This document shows positions 49,481 to 62,002 of a stretch of 64,000 nt of DNA, one piece after another; within the stretch, counting starts at the first letter, position 1; each line of letters begins with the position of its first letter. A model generated the notes under the pieces. The model did not search any database, was not told the origin of the DNA, and saw nothing but the letters and a program-made list of their open reading frames with translations. Location of the stretch: contig OZ360223.1 of NCBI GenBank assembly GCA_977017645.1, positions 224,502,001 to 224,566,000 on the forward strand. The letters are read 5' to 3'. The translations under genes were made by a program, and so were the position numbers. The stretch is from Torpedo marmorata. Its lineage: Eukaryota.

Positions 49481-49904
49481 TGATGACATTGAGTGCGAGG
49501 GGTTTTGTGCCAGTGGCTCATTCTTGCTACTACTCCCACTTCGCATTCCTACAATATACGACATGTTGCATAAGATCCTACCACCATGCTTATCTCTCTG
49601 CTCAGCTCCAGGACAATCTTTTCCAGCGAGATCACCTTCCTGGCCATGGTTGGAGAAAGTGGCCAAAGTTGAGGCAATGAGAATGGGGGTTGGGCCAATA
49701 TTTGTCAATACTTACCTCTAATCCCTGGCTGATCACAAAATGTTGATTTAGCCCATTCGGAGAACAGTGTGCAGTTTTTTTGTGTCCCATTGCAGAGAGA
49801 TGTTAAATTAAAGAGAATATGTAGTGTATATACATAAGCATTATTTTAAACATGAGAACACTGCAGCAGTGAACAATGATAGTAATCAGGATCTCCCAAA
49901 GAGA

Positions 49905-50400
49905 ATAAAACACAAAAGTCTGCAGACACCGTGATTGAAGTAAAAACACAATGCTGGAGAAACTCAGCAGGTCAAACAGTGTAATTTATATAGCAAAGAT
50001 AAAGATGCATAACCAAGGTTTCAGGCTTGAGCCCTTCAGCAAGTATGACCAAAATGTAGGCAAGCACCTGAACAAAATAGGGGGGGGGACAGGGGGAGGA
50101 GTACAGTCTCACAGGCAGGAGGTAATAGATGGATGTGGGAGGGAGGGCTCACTAGCAAACAGGGGGAGGGGGGATGGCTCTGTGAATGGAGCGGGAAGGG
50201 GGTGGTGCGCTGGAGGAAAGGAGACAGAGGGATGGGGAAGAGTGGAAGAGTGGGAGTAGCAGAAACCAGAGAAGTTGTTGTTAATGCCATCCAATTGAAG
50301 AGTGCCCAGATGAAAATTAGGCATTGCTCTTCCAATTTACAGGTGGCCTTGGTTTGGCAGTGCATGGACAGACATGTCAGCTTGGGAGTGTGACGCAGAT
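49905..50400 (-). mobile_element. Penelope 3' end/pseudo-LTR remnant
   Basis: KLEEQCLIF, gacctgctgagtttctccagca terminus, degenerate hammerhead at about 50008-50047. Confidence 0.8.
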
Positions 50401-51527
50401 TTGAAATGATTTTTGACAGGAGTAAAAAAAGGAGTTTCAATATGTTTATTCTGAAGCAATGAACTGTGAAGTGCCCTTTGAACATGAAAGCTGGTGTAGT
50501 GTTCGGCAGCCAGAGGCATCCTCTTCAATCCTGTCCAGTGGTACTCTGACCGTAACTATTGGACAGGACAAGAGCGCAGATACAACAAGGTTTGCGCAGC
50601 TATTAGAAGAACAGCAGAACCTCCTATTGTCAGTCATTCCGATATTTGGGCAAATCCCATGTTAAATCCTTATCACAGCTCCATTTGTCACCATAGCCCA
50701 CTGCAATTTCCACATTCAGCTGCCTCCATTAGATAGGCCATGTTGTTTCATGGCATTCCAATCAGACACTTTGTTCAGAACTCTGCTGGGGAAGAGACTG
50801 CCAGGTGGGGAGAGGAGAAGAATCAAGGATGTGCACAAATGCTCCTTGCAAACATGCAACATCTCTGCTAACCCCAGAGAACCTTTGGCCCATAACCACT
50901 CCATGTGGAGAAGGAGCATTTGAGACGGTATTGACATCCTTGAACTCATACATTGGAAGCATACAAAAGCCTGTGCAGAAGGTGGAAAGAGAGCATCACC
51001 TCACAAGCCACCCACAACCCCATCAGTTCTCAGAGAACTGTGGAGAGATTCAGTATGGAAACAGACCCTTTGGTCCACTGAGTCTGCACCAATCATCAAC
51101 CACCCATTTACACTAATCCTACGTTAATCACATTTTTGGTATCCTCCCCACATTCTCTTTAACTCACCCCATATTCTGCTACTCACCAACACACTATGTG
51201 TTGATAGTGGTCAATTAATCTGACCAGCTTTTTTGTCTTTGGGATGTGAAAGGAAGCCAAAGCTCCCAGATCTCCTGTCAACATACAGAAAAAGACCTGA
51301 AATGCTGCGCTGGACATTTATCTTCGACGTGTGGATTAAAAAGGTGAGACAGACGTGAATGGGCCTTAAATTCAGTTTCTTAAATTCAGTTTCACTAAAG
51401 GCAGCAGAAACTTTCCTATTTGCTATATTTTTGGGGTTTTTTTCCCCAGAATTTAACAAAGTGCCTCTATTTGGGGAGGTGGTGGGAGGGTCAAAGAGTG
51501 AATGGTATAGTCTTACCAGCTGCTTAT

Positions 51528-52240
51528 TGAACATAGAACAGTACAGCGCAGGGGCATCCCCTTTGTCGCACTATGTCCATGCTGGCCACGATGCCAATCT
51601 GACCAAATCTGCCTATATATAGTCTATATCACACTATTCCCTATCTGTTCACGTGTCTGTCTAAATGCCTATTAAACATTGCCATTGATGCTGCTTCTAC
51701 CACCTTCTCTGGCAATGTGTTCTAGGTATCTATCACTGTCTGTGTAAAAAATGTGCCTCGCAAATCTCATTTAAATTTCTCTCCTCTCACCTTAAATCTG
51801 TTGTCTATTGTTTGACATTTCTGCCTCAGGAAAAATACCCTATCTACTTTATACTCTATCAGGTCACCCCTCGGCCTCTGATGCTCCACAGAAAACAATC
51901 CAAGTTTGCCCAACCTCTCCTTATAGCTAATAATCTCCAATCGAAGCAACATCCTGGTGAATCTCCTGTTCATTCGCTCCAAAGGCTTCACATTCTTCTT
52001 GTAATGCAGAAACCAGAACTGCACACAATACTCCAAATGTGGCCTCATTAACATGACTTGCCAACATTTGTACTCATTGTCTTGACCGATGAAGGCAAGT
52101 GTGTTCTATACCATTGTTACCACCCTATCACTTGGGTTGCCAAGTTCAGGGAGCTTTAGACTTGCACCCAAATGCTCTGAAGGGTCCTGAAATTTATGAT
52201 ATATTTTCCCTTTACATTTGACCTCCCCAGTGCAACACCT
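51528..52240 (-). mobile_element. Degraded CR1 3' fragment
   Basis: RPHLEYCVQFW, RFTRML, ctgtactgttctatgttc tail. Confidence 0.8.
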
Positions 52241-52435
52241 TGAGAATGTACATTTTAAAATGTTGACTGGGAAAGGGAGAAACTAACTGCATTCTTTTAT
52301 TTTTAATTCAACAAGGCTAGGGCTGATAATGTAAAACATGAAAATCTGTAGACACCGTGGTTGAAGTAAAAAACACAAATGCTGGAGAAACTCAGCAGGT
52401 CAAACAGTGTCTTTTATGTAGCAAAGGTAGAAATA

Positions 52436-52476
52436 CATAACCGACGTTTCGGGCTTGAGCCCTTCATCAAAGTATG
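52436..52476 (-). ncRNA. Minimal type I hammerhead ribozyme
   Basis: Reverse complement reads catact-TTGATGA-a-gggc/tcaa/gccc-GAAA-cg-TC-ggttatg. Confidence 0.75.
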
Positions 52477-53875
52477 AGAAAATGCCGGCAGGCGTCCGAA
52501 CAAAGGAGTGAGGGGGGAAGGGGGATGGCAAAGGCAGGAGATGATAGGTGGAGAAAGGAGGGAGGGGACAGCAGCAAAGAGGGGGAGGAGGGATGGCTAG
52601 GTAGCTGGAGAAAAACAGGAAGGACAGGTGAGGGGGGAGGGGAAGGGAACGACAAGCAGGTTTAGTGGAAAGCAGAAAAGTCAATGTTAATGCCATCTGG
52701 CTGGAGAGTGCCGAGACAGAATATGAGATGTTGTTCCTCCAATTTGCGGGTAGTCTGGGTGGGATAGTACATGAGGCCATGGACAGACATGTGAGTGTGG
52801 GAGTGTGACCCGGAATTGAAATGGTTGGCTACTGGGAGGTCGCTGTTGTTGTGGATGGAGAGGAGGTGCTCAGCAAAGCGGTCTCCCAATCTACGACCGG
52901 TCTCTCCAATGTATAGAAAGCCACAAAGGGAGCACCAGATGCAGTAAATAAGTTCTCTGGATGTACAAGTGAAGTGGAGTTTCACTTGGAAGGCCTGTTT
53001 GGGGCCCTGGACCGTGGTGAGGGGGGAGGTGTGGGCGCAGGTGTTGCACCTCCTGCGGGCACAGGGGAAGGTTCTGGGGGTGCGATGGGTGGGGAGGGAT
53101 GAGTGCCATGGAGCAATCCATGCTGCAAGCCTACACAGGCAAGACCCCTCATCTCCTCCTCCGGTATATCGACGACTACATCGGGGCTGCCTCATGCACC
53201 CGCGATGAGCTTGTCAACTTCATCCACTTCGCATCCAACTTTCACCACGATCTCAAACTCACCTGGTCCATCTCTGATAACACTCTCCCCTTCCTGGATC
53301 TCTCTGTCTCCATCTCGGGAGACAAGCTTTCCACCGACATTTACTACAAACCCTCCAACTCCCACAACTATCTGGACTGCACATCCTCACACCCTGTGAC
53401 TTATTTACTGCATCCGGTGCTCCCTTTGTGGCTTTCTATACATTGGAGAGACCGGTCGTAGATTGGGAGACCGCTTTGCTGAGCACCTCCTCTCCATCCG
53501 CAACAACAGCGACCTCCCAGTAGCCAACCATTTCAATTCCGGGTCACACTCCCACACTCACATGTCTGTCCATGGCCTCATGTACTATCCCACCCAGACT
53601 ACCCGCAAATTGGAGGAACAACATCTCATATTCCGTCTCGGCACTCTCCAGCCAGCTGGCATTAACATTGACTTTTCTGCTTTCCACTAAACCTGCTTGT
53701 CGTTCCCTTCCCCTCCCCCCTCACCTGTCCTTCCTGTTTTTCTCCAGCTACCTAGCCATCCCTCCTCCCCCTCTTTGCTGCTGTCCCCTCCCTCCTTCCT
53801 CCACCTATCATCTCCTGCCTTTGCCATCCCCCTTCCCCCCTCACTCCTTTGTTCGGACGCCTGCCGGCATTTTCT

Positions 53876-53916
53876 CATACTTTGATGAAGGGCTCAAGCC
53901 CGAAACGTCGGTTATG
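53876..53916 (+). ncRNA. Minimal type I hammerhead ribozyme
   Basis: catact-TTGATGA-a-gggc/tcaa/gccc-GAAA-cg-TC-ggttatg; stem I catact:ggttatg with one bulge; ACGT palindromic stem III; predicted cleavage after C53909. Confidence 0.75.
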
Positions 53917-55149
53917 TATTTCTACCTTTGCTACATAAAAGACACTGTTTGACCTGCTGAGTTTCTCCAGCATTTGTGTTTTTTAGGGCTGATAATGAAC
54001 TCCTTATTTGGCAAAACAGTAAAAGATTATTAACCATTGGGTAAGGGACATGACCCTGGTTAATGAAACACAAGAGTGTCTTGAGAAGCATGTTACTTTT
54101 ATGGTGAAAGTTTGTTTGAATGTTCTAGAAAACTGGAAGTTTGTCTGTATAAATATATGACTTGTAAGCCACAAGGCAAACTCTCTTGGGGTGAGACTAG
54201 CTGCTTGTGGCAGTGCTTCTTGCTGTAATGGAGTTCTCATGCTTTGCAAAGTGATAAAAAATTTGTTTTTGCAGCTGCATTCGTATTTGTTTTCAAGCAA
54301 CCTCAGGTCCACTGTAACATCCTCACCCTTGTTTGGATTAAACTCCACCTGCGATTTCCACCCATATTTCCTACTGACCTGTATCGTGCTGTATCATTGG
54401 ACAACTTTCCTCATTATCCCTAACTCCAACAATATTTGGGTGGTCTGCAAACTTACTAATCAGCCCACCTACATTTTTGTCAAATTCATTTATATATATC
54501 ACAAAGTTACTGCCTAAAATAACTTAAATGTAATGGACATTTTCTAATTTTTTCTATCATTTCAGCTTTATTTATTGTACACTTATTTTCAACCACTGTG
54601 CAACCTGTTAGGTATAATGGATAATACTTCCATTTATATAGCACCATAATAACCTTCTCATCTCAATTTAGAAATAATTTCAGAATGTACGGGACATTGA
54701 ATTTGCTTCATCTGTTGCATCTGTGCTGTGAATATTGAATTGAATTCAGGGCTCTGAAAAAATAGAAATACAGCATGCCTATTCAGTGGAACCTCAATTA
54801 TGTGTACTCATGATTATCCACAAAACAACTTTTTTTAAAAATAGGAACCATCTTTGGTTTTGCATAAACCATCCGAAATGCAATGAAGCATTTAAAATTG
54901 ATTTCCAGACCCAAAGTTATTGAAGAGTAGAGTTCAGCTACCACCAGAATGTATATCAAGAGAATCGCTTGTCACAGAATCCTTAATTCAAGTCTGATCC
55001 TCTTTCTTTACCAGAGAGCTCAATGCACAGTTCCTGGCTGGAGAAGATCACTTAAAGGAGAAATCCCATCCTCTTTCCTCTCACAAGGGCAATCTCAGGC
55101 AGCTCTTGGGTACTCAAACAGCACTTACGGTGGAGCTGCTGAGGGACTG

Positions 55150-56010
55150 AAATAGAAATTACTGGCAGCACTCAGCAGGCCGGTGAGAAGAGGAACAGAG
55201 TCAATGTTTCGGGTTAAGGACCCTTGATCAGAACGAGTAAAGTGAGAAAAAAAAGTGTGTAGATTCAGAGAGAAGGGCAGGAGTGGAGAGAACAGAAGGG
55301 TGAAGCCCAAAGTTCTGAAGGGAACAATGACTTGTTGACAAACAACCAAACTGGTTACTTAAGACATCTAAATTCAATATTAAATCCCAAAGGCTTCAAA
55401 GTACCCAGATGGAAAATAAGCTACTGTTCTTTGAATTTAAAAAAGGCGTTGTTGGAGTTGAAATTAGCATCCTTTTAGTCTGCAAGGGAGACTGAGCATC
55501 CAGTTATATTATGCCTAATTCTTTGCGCCAGTCCCATTCTTATATCTCTCTCTCTTCACCTTCTATATTTCTACAAATATGCCCAATGTCAGCTCAAGGA
55601 TCAATATCTCAACTTCCATTTGGGTTCATTGAAACCCTTAGGATTTAATATTGAATTTAACAATTTCATATCTCTCTCTCTCTTTCTCTCTCTCTCTCTC
55701 CCTCCCTCCATATATTTGGCTATATCTCTGATTCAATTTGTTTCTTTTTTTCTTATCTATCTCCAACTGCTTTTTTTTAAATTGTTTTTCCATTGATAAC
55801 TTTGGTCTGCATCCTATCAGAGACATTCCCTCTGTTTTCTCTGACCTTGCCGCTCTCTGCCACATGCTTGTTTTCTCACTTTTCCAGTTCTAATCAAGAT
55901 TCATGACCTGTGATATGAAAGGCTTTGCCCCACAGATGCTGCTCAACTTACTGAAACTTTGCGACACATTTCTGATTTTGTTTCAGATTTCCAGCATCTG
56001 CAGCATTTTA
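55150..56010. mobile_element. Old Penelope-type terminal remnants in opposite orientations
   Basis: ctgctgagt..ccag termini; decayed hammerhead ctgatcaagggtcc..cccgaaacattg at about 55198-55233 (minus). Confidence 0.55.
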
Positions 56011-56057
56011 TTCACACCACCTTGGAGATAGGCTATAGACTGCTATGCTCTATGTTT

Positions 56058-56385
56058 GCAGTGTAGCTAGTCAAGCCACTGCCTCACAGTACCAGAGACC
56101 AGGGTGCAATCCTGATTGTGTCTAATTTGCACATCCTCCTTGTGATTAAATGAGTTTCTTCTGAGTGTTCCAGTTTCTTTCTACATCCCAAAGACATGTA
56201 GGTTGGAAGCCACTGTAATTTACCTATAGAGTATAGGTGAGTGGCAGAATTTTGGGGGAGGAGGTGGGAGAGTTGATAAGAATGTGGGGATTTTAAAAAC
56301 AAGATTCATGTAGTAATAGTGTAATAGAGTGTTTGCTGGTCTGTCCATTCTCAATGGTCCGATGGGCCTCTTTCCATGCTGTAGC
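56058..56385 (+). mobile_element. Degraded V-SINE
   Basis: ctgcctcacag..agagaccagggtgcaatcctg head, tccagtttctttctacatcccaaagac core. Confidence 0.6.
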
Positions 56386-56808
56386 TCCCAGTTTCAGCTC
56401 AACCCCAAGTAGGTTTTTGTCTGACCTGTGCTCCTCAAAATATCAGGCAAGTGTAATGCAGGTCTCAGACCAGGCTGTCGATGGAATAATGACACTCACA
56501 TGTGGCAGCTGGAATGAATTAGCCTATCTCCAGGGGTTGATTGCATTTAAATATGCACAGTTATAACACTAAGTCAAAAGAAGCATATAAATAAGTCACA
56601 TAGTGTTCCTGCTGTTGCATGCCCTGCTGAGTTTCTCCATTACATTTGCGTATTGTCATTTTTTGATTCCCCTGTGTTTTGTTCCAGAGTCCAAGGCAAA
56701 TAGTCCATTTGTCTTTAAATGGTTTATCCTTCATCTCTGCACTGTGGCTAATGAATACCCTCTCAGTTTACTAATTCACAAAAATAAATAAAAACATTAA
56801 GCATGAAC

Positions 56809-58633
56809 CAGGGTCGGTGCCAGAACGAGTCTTAGCGGGGGGCATTAGGGTAACCGGCAGGGGGGGGGGGCACACTCTTACGCTGGAAAACTCGCTCGGG
56901 GGGGGGTGTGGTGCCTACCTGCCTCCATGCGCCGCCGCCGTCACACTTCCCCCTCTCCCTCCGGCGTTTCAGAGAAGCGTGCGTGGTTTCGGAAACCACG
57001 TGACTCCTTTTGGTGACACCCCCTCTGATGGCGTCACCCACAACCCCTAGTGACGCTAGTGCTGGGGTTTCTGCACTTGGACCTGAAGCTTAAAGACTTA
57101 CAACTTCGGGTCCTGGAGAAAGGGCTGAAAGTCAATGAATGAATCTCAGGAACTGATGACCTGCCTCCCAGGATTTTGAAATAGGTATTCATGGAGTTAG
57201 TGGATAAAATGGTTGTCACGTTCCAATGTACTGTTTATTCTAGAATAGTTCCTACAAATTGAAGGCAGCAAATGCATTCCTGCTGGCTTAAAAAAAACTT
57301 TCAGTTTTGTACACTTGGGTTTGGGATCACAGAGAAAACAGAAAGAAGATTATGAAAGCCTTGGAAGTGATTTAGACATGGCTGTCTTTGTTCTTGTAAG
57401 TTATTGTCTGTCTTAAACTCCTTCTCAAGACTAACTATTATTTAGGACTGCAAACTGTTCAAAGCAAGAGAATTATTTATACCTTGTGTAAGGCAGCTAA
57501 CACTGCAATCACTGTACTAAGAAAAATGGACTCGATTAATGTTTAGAAAATTTGGAATTTTTTTGGTTGCAGGCAGTATCATTTTATTCAGCAGTCCTAA
57601 GTTACTGGTCCTGTCAATTTGGCTGGGTTTCTGGTTGGATCCTTAATGCTAATGATATGAGAATCTGTTGTTAAAGATTGCCCAATTCACAGAAAAAAAA
57701 GACAGACAAAGGCTGCTTTTCATCACTGTTACTTTCAATATTTTGGGGTTTCTGCACTTGGACCTGCAGCTTAAAGACCTACATCTTCGGGTCCTGCACT
57801 CGAGTGTCCATGGTTGGGAATAAAGCTATTTTCGAAAGCAACCATTTTGTGCTTCACATGTATACAAAAGGAAAACAGTTCAAAGTTCTGTATCCATAAA
57901 ATTCCATCACTGTACATTGTTACATTCATTTCTATTTACACCATTACCAGTACCACCACTGTGGCATCATCTAACCACCCACAAGCTGCTGATAATAAGA
58001 CTTTGCTGTCAACAACCAACACACCAACCCAGTTCCAATTTAAAAACATGCTGCAAAGTCCCTCTCTTTCACACACACACTGCACTGTGCGCGTCATTAG
58101 AACATCATTTGAAATAGACTATATACTCCACTCATACCGAATAAATGCAGACAGACTCAAAAAATATTCAACATTTTGCGTAATAATCATGAAAGCCAAG
58201 GCTGGCATCATAAAGTGAATTAAACGCATGACTTAGCTTCAGAAGAGTTCCGTTGTGTATATTTCTTTAACAACGTTTTGCAACGGAGGAACGGTAAAGC
58301 ACACTTTCTTCAGTTTTAAATCTGGCACGCAAACTGCTCGCAATCCCGACGCAACTTCTGGTATGGCGTCATGTGCGCATGCGCGCTCCACACATCACAA
58401 CGTAACTTCCTTTTTGATGTCACGAGAGTATGTAATTTTCTTTTCCTATTTTTGTTTTTATTTCATTTAATTTCATTTAACGAAAAGGTAAGTTTTAATA
58501 TGATAAATATAATTTAATTTAAAAAGTTTTCAAAGGCTTGGCCTGCGCGGGTGGGTGCGTGGATGGGGGGGTCACAAGACCTCGTTTGGGGGGGCAATGC
58601 CAACGAATGCCCCCCCCCTTGGCGCCGACACTG
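56809..58633. mobile_element. Non-autonomous hAT-type DNA transposon (1.8 kb) with composite interior
   Basis: TIRs cagggtcggtgcca / reverse complement cagtgtcggcgcca; perfect 8-bp TSD gcatgaac at 56801-56808 and 58634-58641. Confidence 0.85.
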
Positions 58634-58934
58634 GCATGAACAAAAAATATTGGAACATCCAGCAATTGTGGATGGGAACTGCATGGGTGGGCTAGAATAA
58701 TACTGATGGGAAAGTAGAAGAGAATGCAAGATAGGATATGTGTTGTTGTATGAACCAGAATGTGTAGAAAATTGGGGATGAGACAACAGCTGAGTGAAGA
58801 CTTTTAACAGTGAGTTTGCAGTCATCAGTCATATAAAACGTTCAAGTGCAGAAGGCCTGGGAGGTTTGGAGGTGGAAGCTTCAGGTGAATGTTACATTTT
58901 CAAGGGAAGCATAAGGTTGCAAGTTCAGTTTGAG

Positions 58935-60998
58935 ATCAAGAGCAACATAAAATTAGTCTATTTGCGGATGATGTTTTAATATACTTGACAGAGCCTGAGA
59001 CTTCTTTGCAAAGACTGCATTTCAAGCTGGAGGAATATGGAAAAGTCTCTGGTTATAAGATAAATTGGGATAAAAGTGAAGTTATGCCTCTTAAAGAGGG
59101 AGACTATACTGCATGCAAAAGAACTACTCAGTTTAAATGGCCACATAACGGAATAAAATATCTTGGGGTTCGGACAGATAATAAATTAAAAAATTTATAT
59201 AAATGGAACTATGTACCATTACTTAACAAGATTAAGGAGGATTTAGAAAAGTGGACTAATTTACCAATCACACTGATAGGAAGAGTTAACTTATCAAAAT
59301 GAATATATTTCCAAGGATACAGTATTTGTATCAGACTATACCTATTTTATTACCACAGGTTTTCTTTCAGGACTTAAATAAACAAGTGCGAAAATTTTTA
59401 TGGAAAGGTAAAATGTCAAGAGTCTCAATGGAACGTTTAACATGGAAATATGAATTGGGGGTTTGCAACTCCCTAATTTTAAGAATTATTATCGAGCGGC
59501 ACAAATGCGATTTGTTGCTTCTTTTTTTGAAACTGAAGAAAGACCTGCGTGGGTTGGAATAGAACTAGGAGAAATAGGAGAAAAGGTACCACAAGAATTT
59601 ATATATAAATGGAATTCAAAACTACTGACAGGAGTTAAAGAAACGCCGTTATTAAAACATTTGATTAATGCTTGGAATAAGGTTAATGATGATATAGGGT
59701 TGAAAGGAAGTATATCACCCAAAGTGCCTTTGATACAGAATAATCTTATACCATTTACAAAAGATAATCAATTTTTAAATACTTGGTCATTAAAAGGAAT
59801 AAAGAAGATAGAAGACTGTTATGAAGGAAATCAGTTGATGTCATTTATACAATTACGGAATAAATATGGAATACCTAATAATACTCTTTTTTGTTATTTT
59901 CAATTAAGAGGTTATTTAAGAGAAAAACTAGGTCCAGATATGTTGTTACAAGATTGTAGTGAGGTAGAAACCCTTATTAGGAAAGGAAATGTTAAGAAAT
60001 TTACTTCTATAGTGTATTCTTTACTACAAAGGGGAGCTTTAAAACGAGGACTTCATAAATCTAGACAAAGATGGGAACAAGATCTTAATGTTACAATTGA
60101 TGAAAAAAGGTGGTCGGATTTATGTTTAGATAGTATGACTAATACTGTTAATGTAAGATATAGACAGGTACAATATAACTTTTTACATCAATTATATCTT
60201 ACACCACAAAAATTGAATAAGATAAACTCTACGATATCAAATAGATGTTTTAGATGTGGTGAAGAAGAGGGAACCTTTTTACACTCAACGTGGTCATGTC
60301 CAAAAGTTAAAGGTTTTTGGATAGAGTTAGGAAACCGGTTAAAACAAATTACAGGTGTTACATTTCCACAGAATCCTGACTTATTTTTATTGGGAAATGT
60401 GGAAGGAACTAGACCAAAATTGAAGTTATCTACATGGCAATTGAAATTTGTAAAAATTGCATTAGCAGTAGCAAGGAAATGTATAGCAGTAATCGGATAC
60501 AAATCTAAGTATGGATAGATGGAACTCAGAGATGCGGAGTTGTATTCCGTTGGAAAGAATAACATATAATATGAGGAATAAATATGGGGTATTTTTGCAA
60601 ATTTGGCGTCCATTCATCCAATTATTAGGAATGAATATTTAAATGTGTTGCTCTACATCCTAGACCCTGCTGACTCTCTTAAATTTAAACTTAAAGAATG
60701 GACATTGTTGAATGTCTCGAACCGAGCCGTGGACCCGTACAGATGTTTTTCGATAAATGTCAATGTCTTCTCCTCTTTCTTCTTTTTTCTTTTCTTTATT
60801 TTTAGTAAGGGGAGGGAGTAAGGGATGGGAAGGGTGGAGGGTGGGTTGTTCTAGTGAGGGTGGGTTGAGATGGGGTTAGCACCACGGTAATACAAATTTT
60901 GTTTGTATTGGACTCATTAATGTTTATTATATATTGTGAACTATTTTGTATTATTGTGAAAAATTTGAAAATTTAAAATAAAAGATTTAAAAAAAAAG
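58935..60998 (+). mobile_element. 5'-truncated L1 (same family as 31700-36068 and 2356-9187), frameshifted
   Basis: QHKISLFADD start, CFRCGEEEGTFLHSTWSC, G-rich 3' UTR, AATAAA and A tail; no clear TSD. Confidence 0.93.
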
Positions 60999-61094
60999 CA
61001 GCATGGAAAAGCTGTGCTAAGGTGTTAAATTATAAAAGTTAAGAGCAGGCGACTATAGCATGTAGCAAGTTGAATAAAACTGGCTCTGCAAATT

Positions 61095-61099
<5 letters not shown>

Positions 61100-61162
<63 letters not shown>

Positions 61163-61180
61163 AGAGAGAAAAAAAAAAAG
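61100..61180. repeat. (GA)n microsatellite, continuing at 61553-61573
   Basis: Directly visible. Confidence 0.95.
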
Positions 61181-61183
61181 AAA

Positions 61184-61552
61184 AGCCCTTTTCACACTGG
61201 CTAACCAGTAAATTGGCTGTTCAACAAACCGGTTAAAGAAGCCGTTTTTGCCGTTCACACTGGACCACTGTTAACCGGTTCTCTGCGTCCTTTCACACTC
61301 ACCACCAGGCATCCCAGGGGAGAGGGGCGCCTATCGTCCACTAATTGGTCCCAGGATACCCCCTGTCCCTTTCACACTGAGCTAACCGGCACGTTGGCGT
61401 CAGATCGCCCCGGGGATGATACACGCTACCTAGGCGGTCCATCCCCGGGGTGATCTGATGCCTGCGTGCTGATTCGCGAGTGTTCACACTGGCACGTTAA
61501 CCGCTATATTGGCAGTTAATTACTGGGATAAAGTGGCAGTGTGAATGGGGCT
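61184..61552. mobile_element. MITE, probably PIF/Harbinger-type
   Basis: 16-bp TIRs agcccttttcacactg vs reverse complement agccccattcacactg; repeated internal ttcacact motifs. Confidence 0.75.
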
Positions 61553-61619
61553 AGAGAGAGAGAGAGAGAGAGAATCCATCATCCATCTCCCAAACCTACA
61601 ATTACTTTGGCATTAGAAG

Positions 61620-61975
61620 ATAGGGCATAGAACAGTACAGCACAGAGGCTGCCCCTTAGGCCCAAGTATCTGTGCCGAATGTCATATCCAAATAAAACTA
61701 AAACTCTGCTGCTTGCACTTGATAAATATGCCTCCATCCCCTTCACAGTTATGTGCCTAGCTCGAAGCCTCTTAAACAATACTATGGCATCTGCTTCCAC
61801 CACTACTCCTGGCAGCCCATTCCGGGCACACACCACTGTTTAAACAATTTGCCGCACATATTCCCCTAAACCTTTCTGCCCCTCATCTTAAATGCATGTC
61901 CTCTGGTATGTGATGTTTCTACCCTGGGAAGAAGGTTCTGACAGTCCACCCTATCAAAGCCTTTCATGATTTTAC
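61620..61975 (-). mobile_element. CR1 3' end fragment
   Basis: KIMKGFDRVD..TRGHAFK, RNGLPGVVVEA, gtgctgtactgttctatg tail. Confidence 0.8.
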
Positions 61976-62002
61976 ACAAAGCACAGTGCATTCTGCTGCA
62001 TG

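Larger units (their letters stand above)
52332..53983. mobile_element. Penelope-like element in inverted (divergent, head-to-head) arrangement
   Basis: 14-bp TSD tagggctgataatg at 52318-52331 and 53984-53997; minus arm 52332 to about 53105, plus arm about 53106-53983 with YIDD fragment then GIY-YIG. Confidence 0.94.

Noticed and set aside
50459-50665. Unique-looking ORF MNCEVPFEH...
   Set aside because: No convincing splice signals or recognisable motif
58925-61010. TSD for the truncated L1
   Set aside because: Only an imperfect aagagcaacat/aaaagcagcat match overlapping L1 sequence; not enough to call
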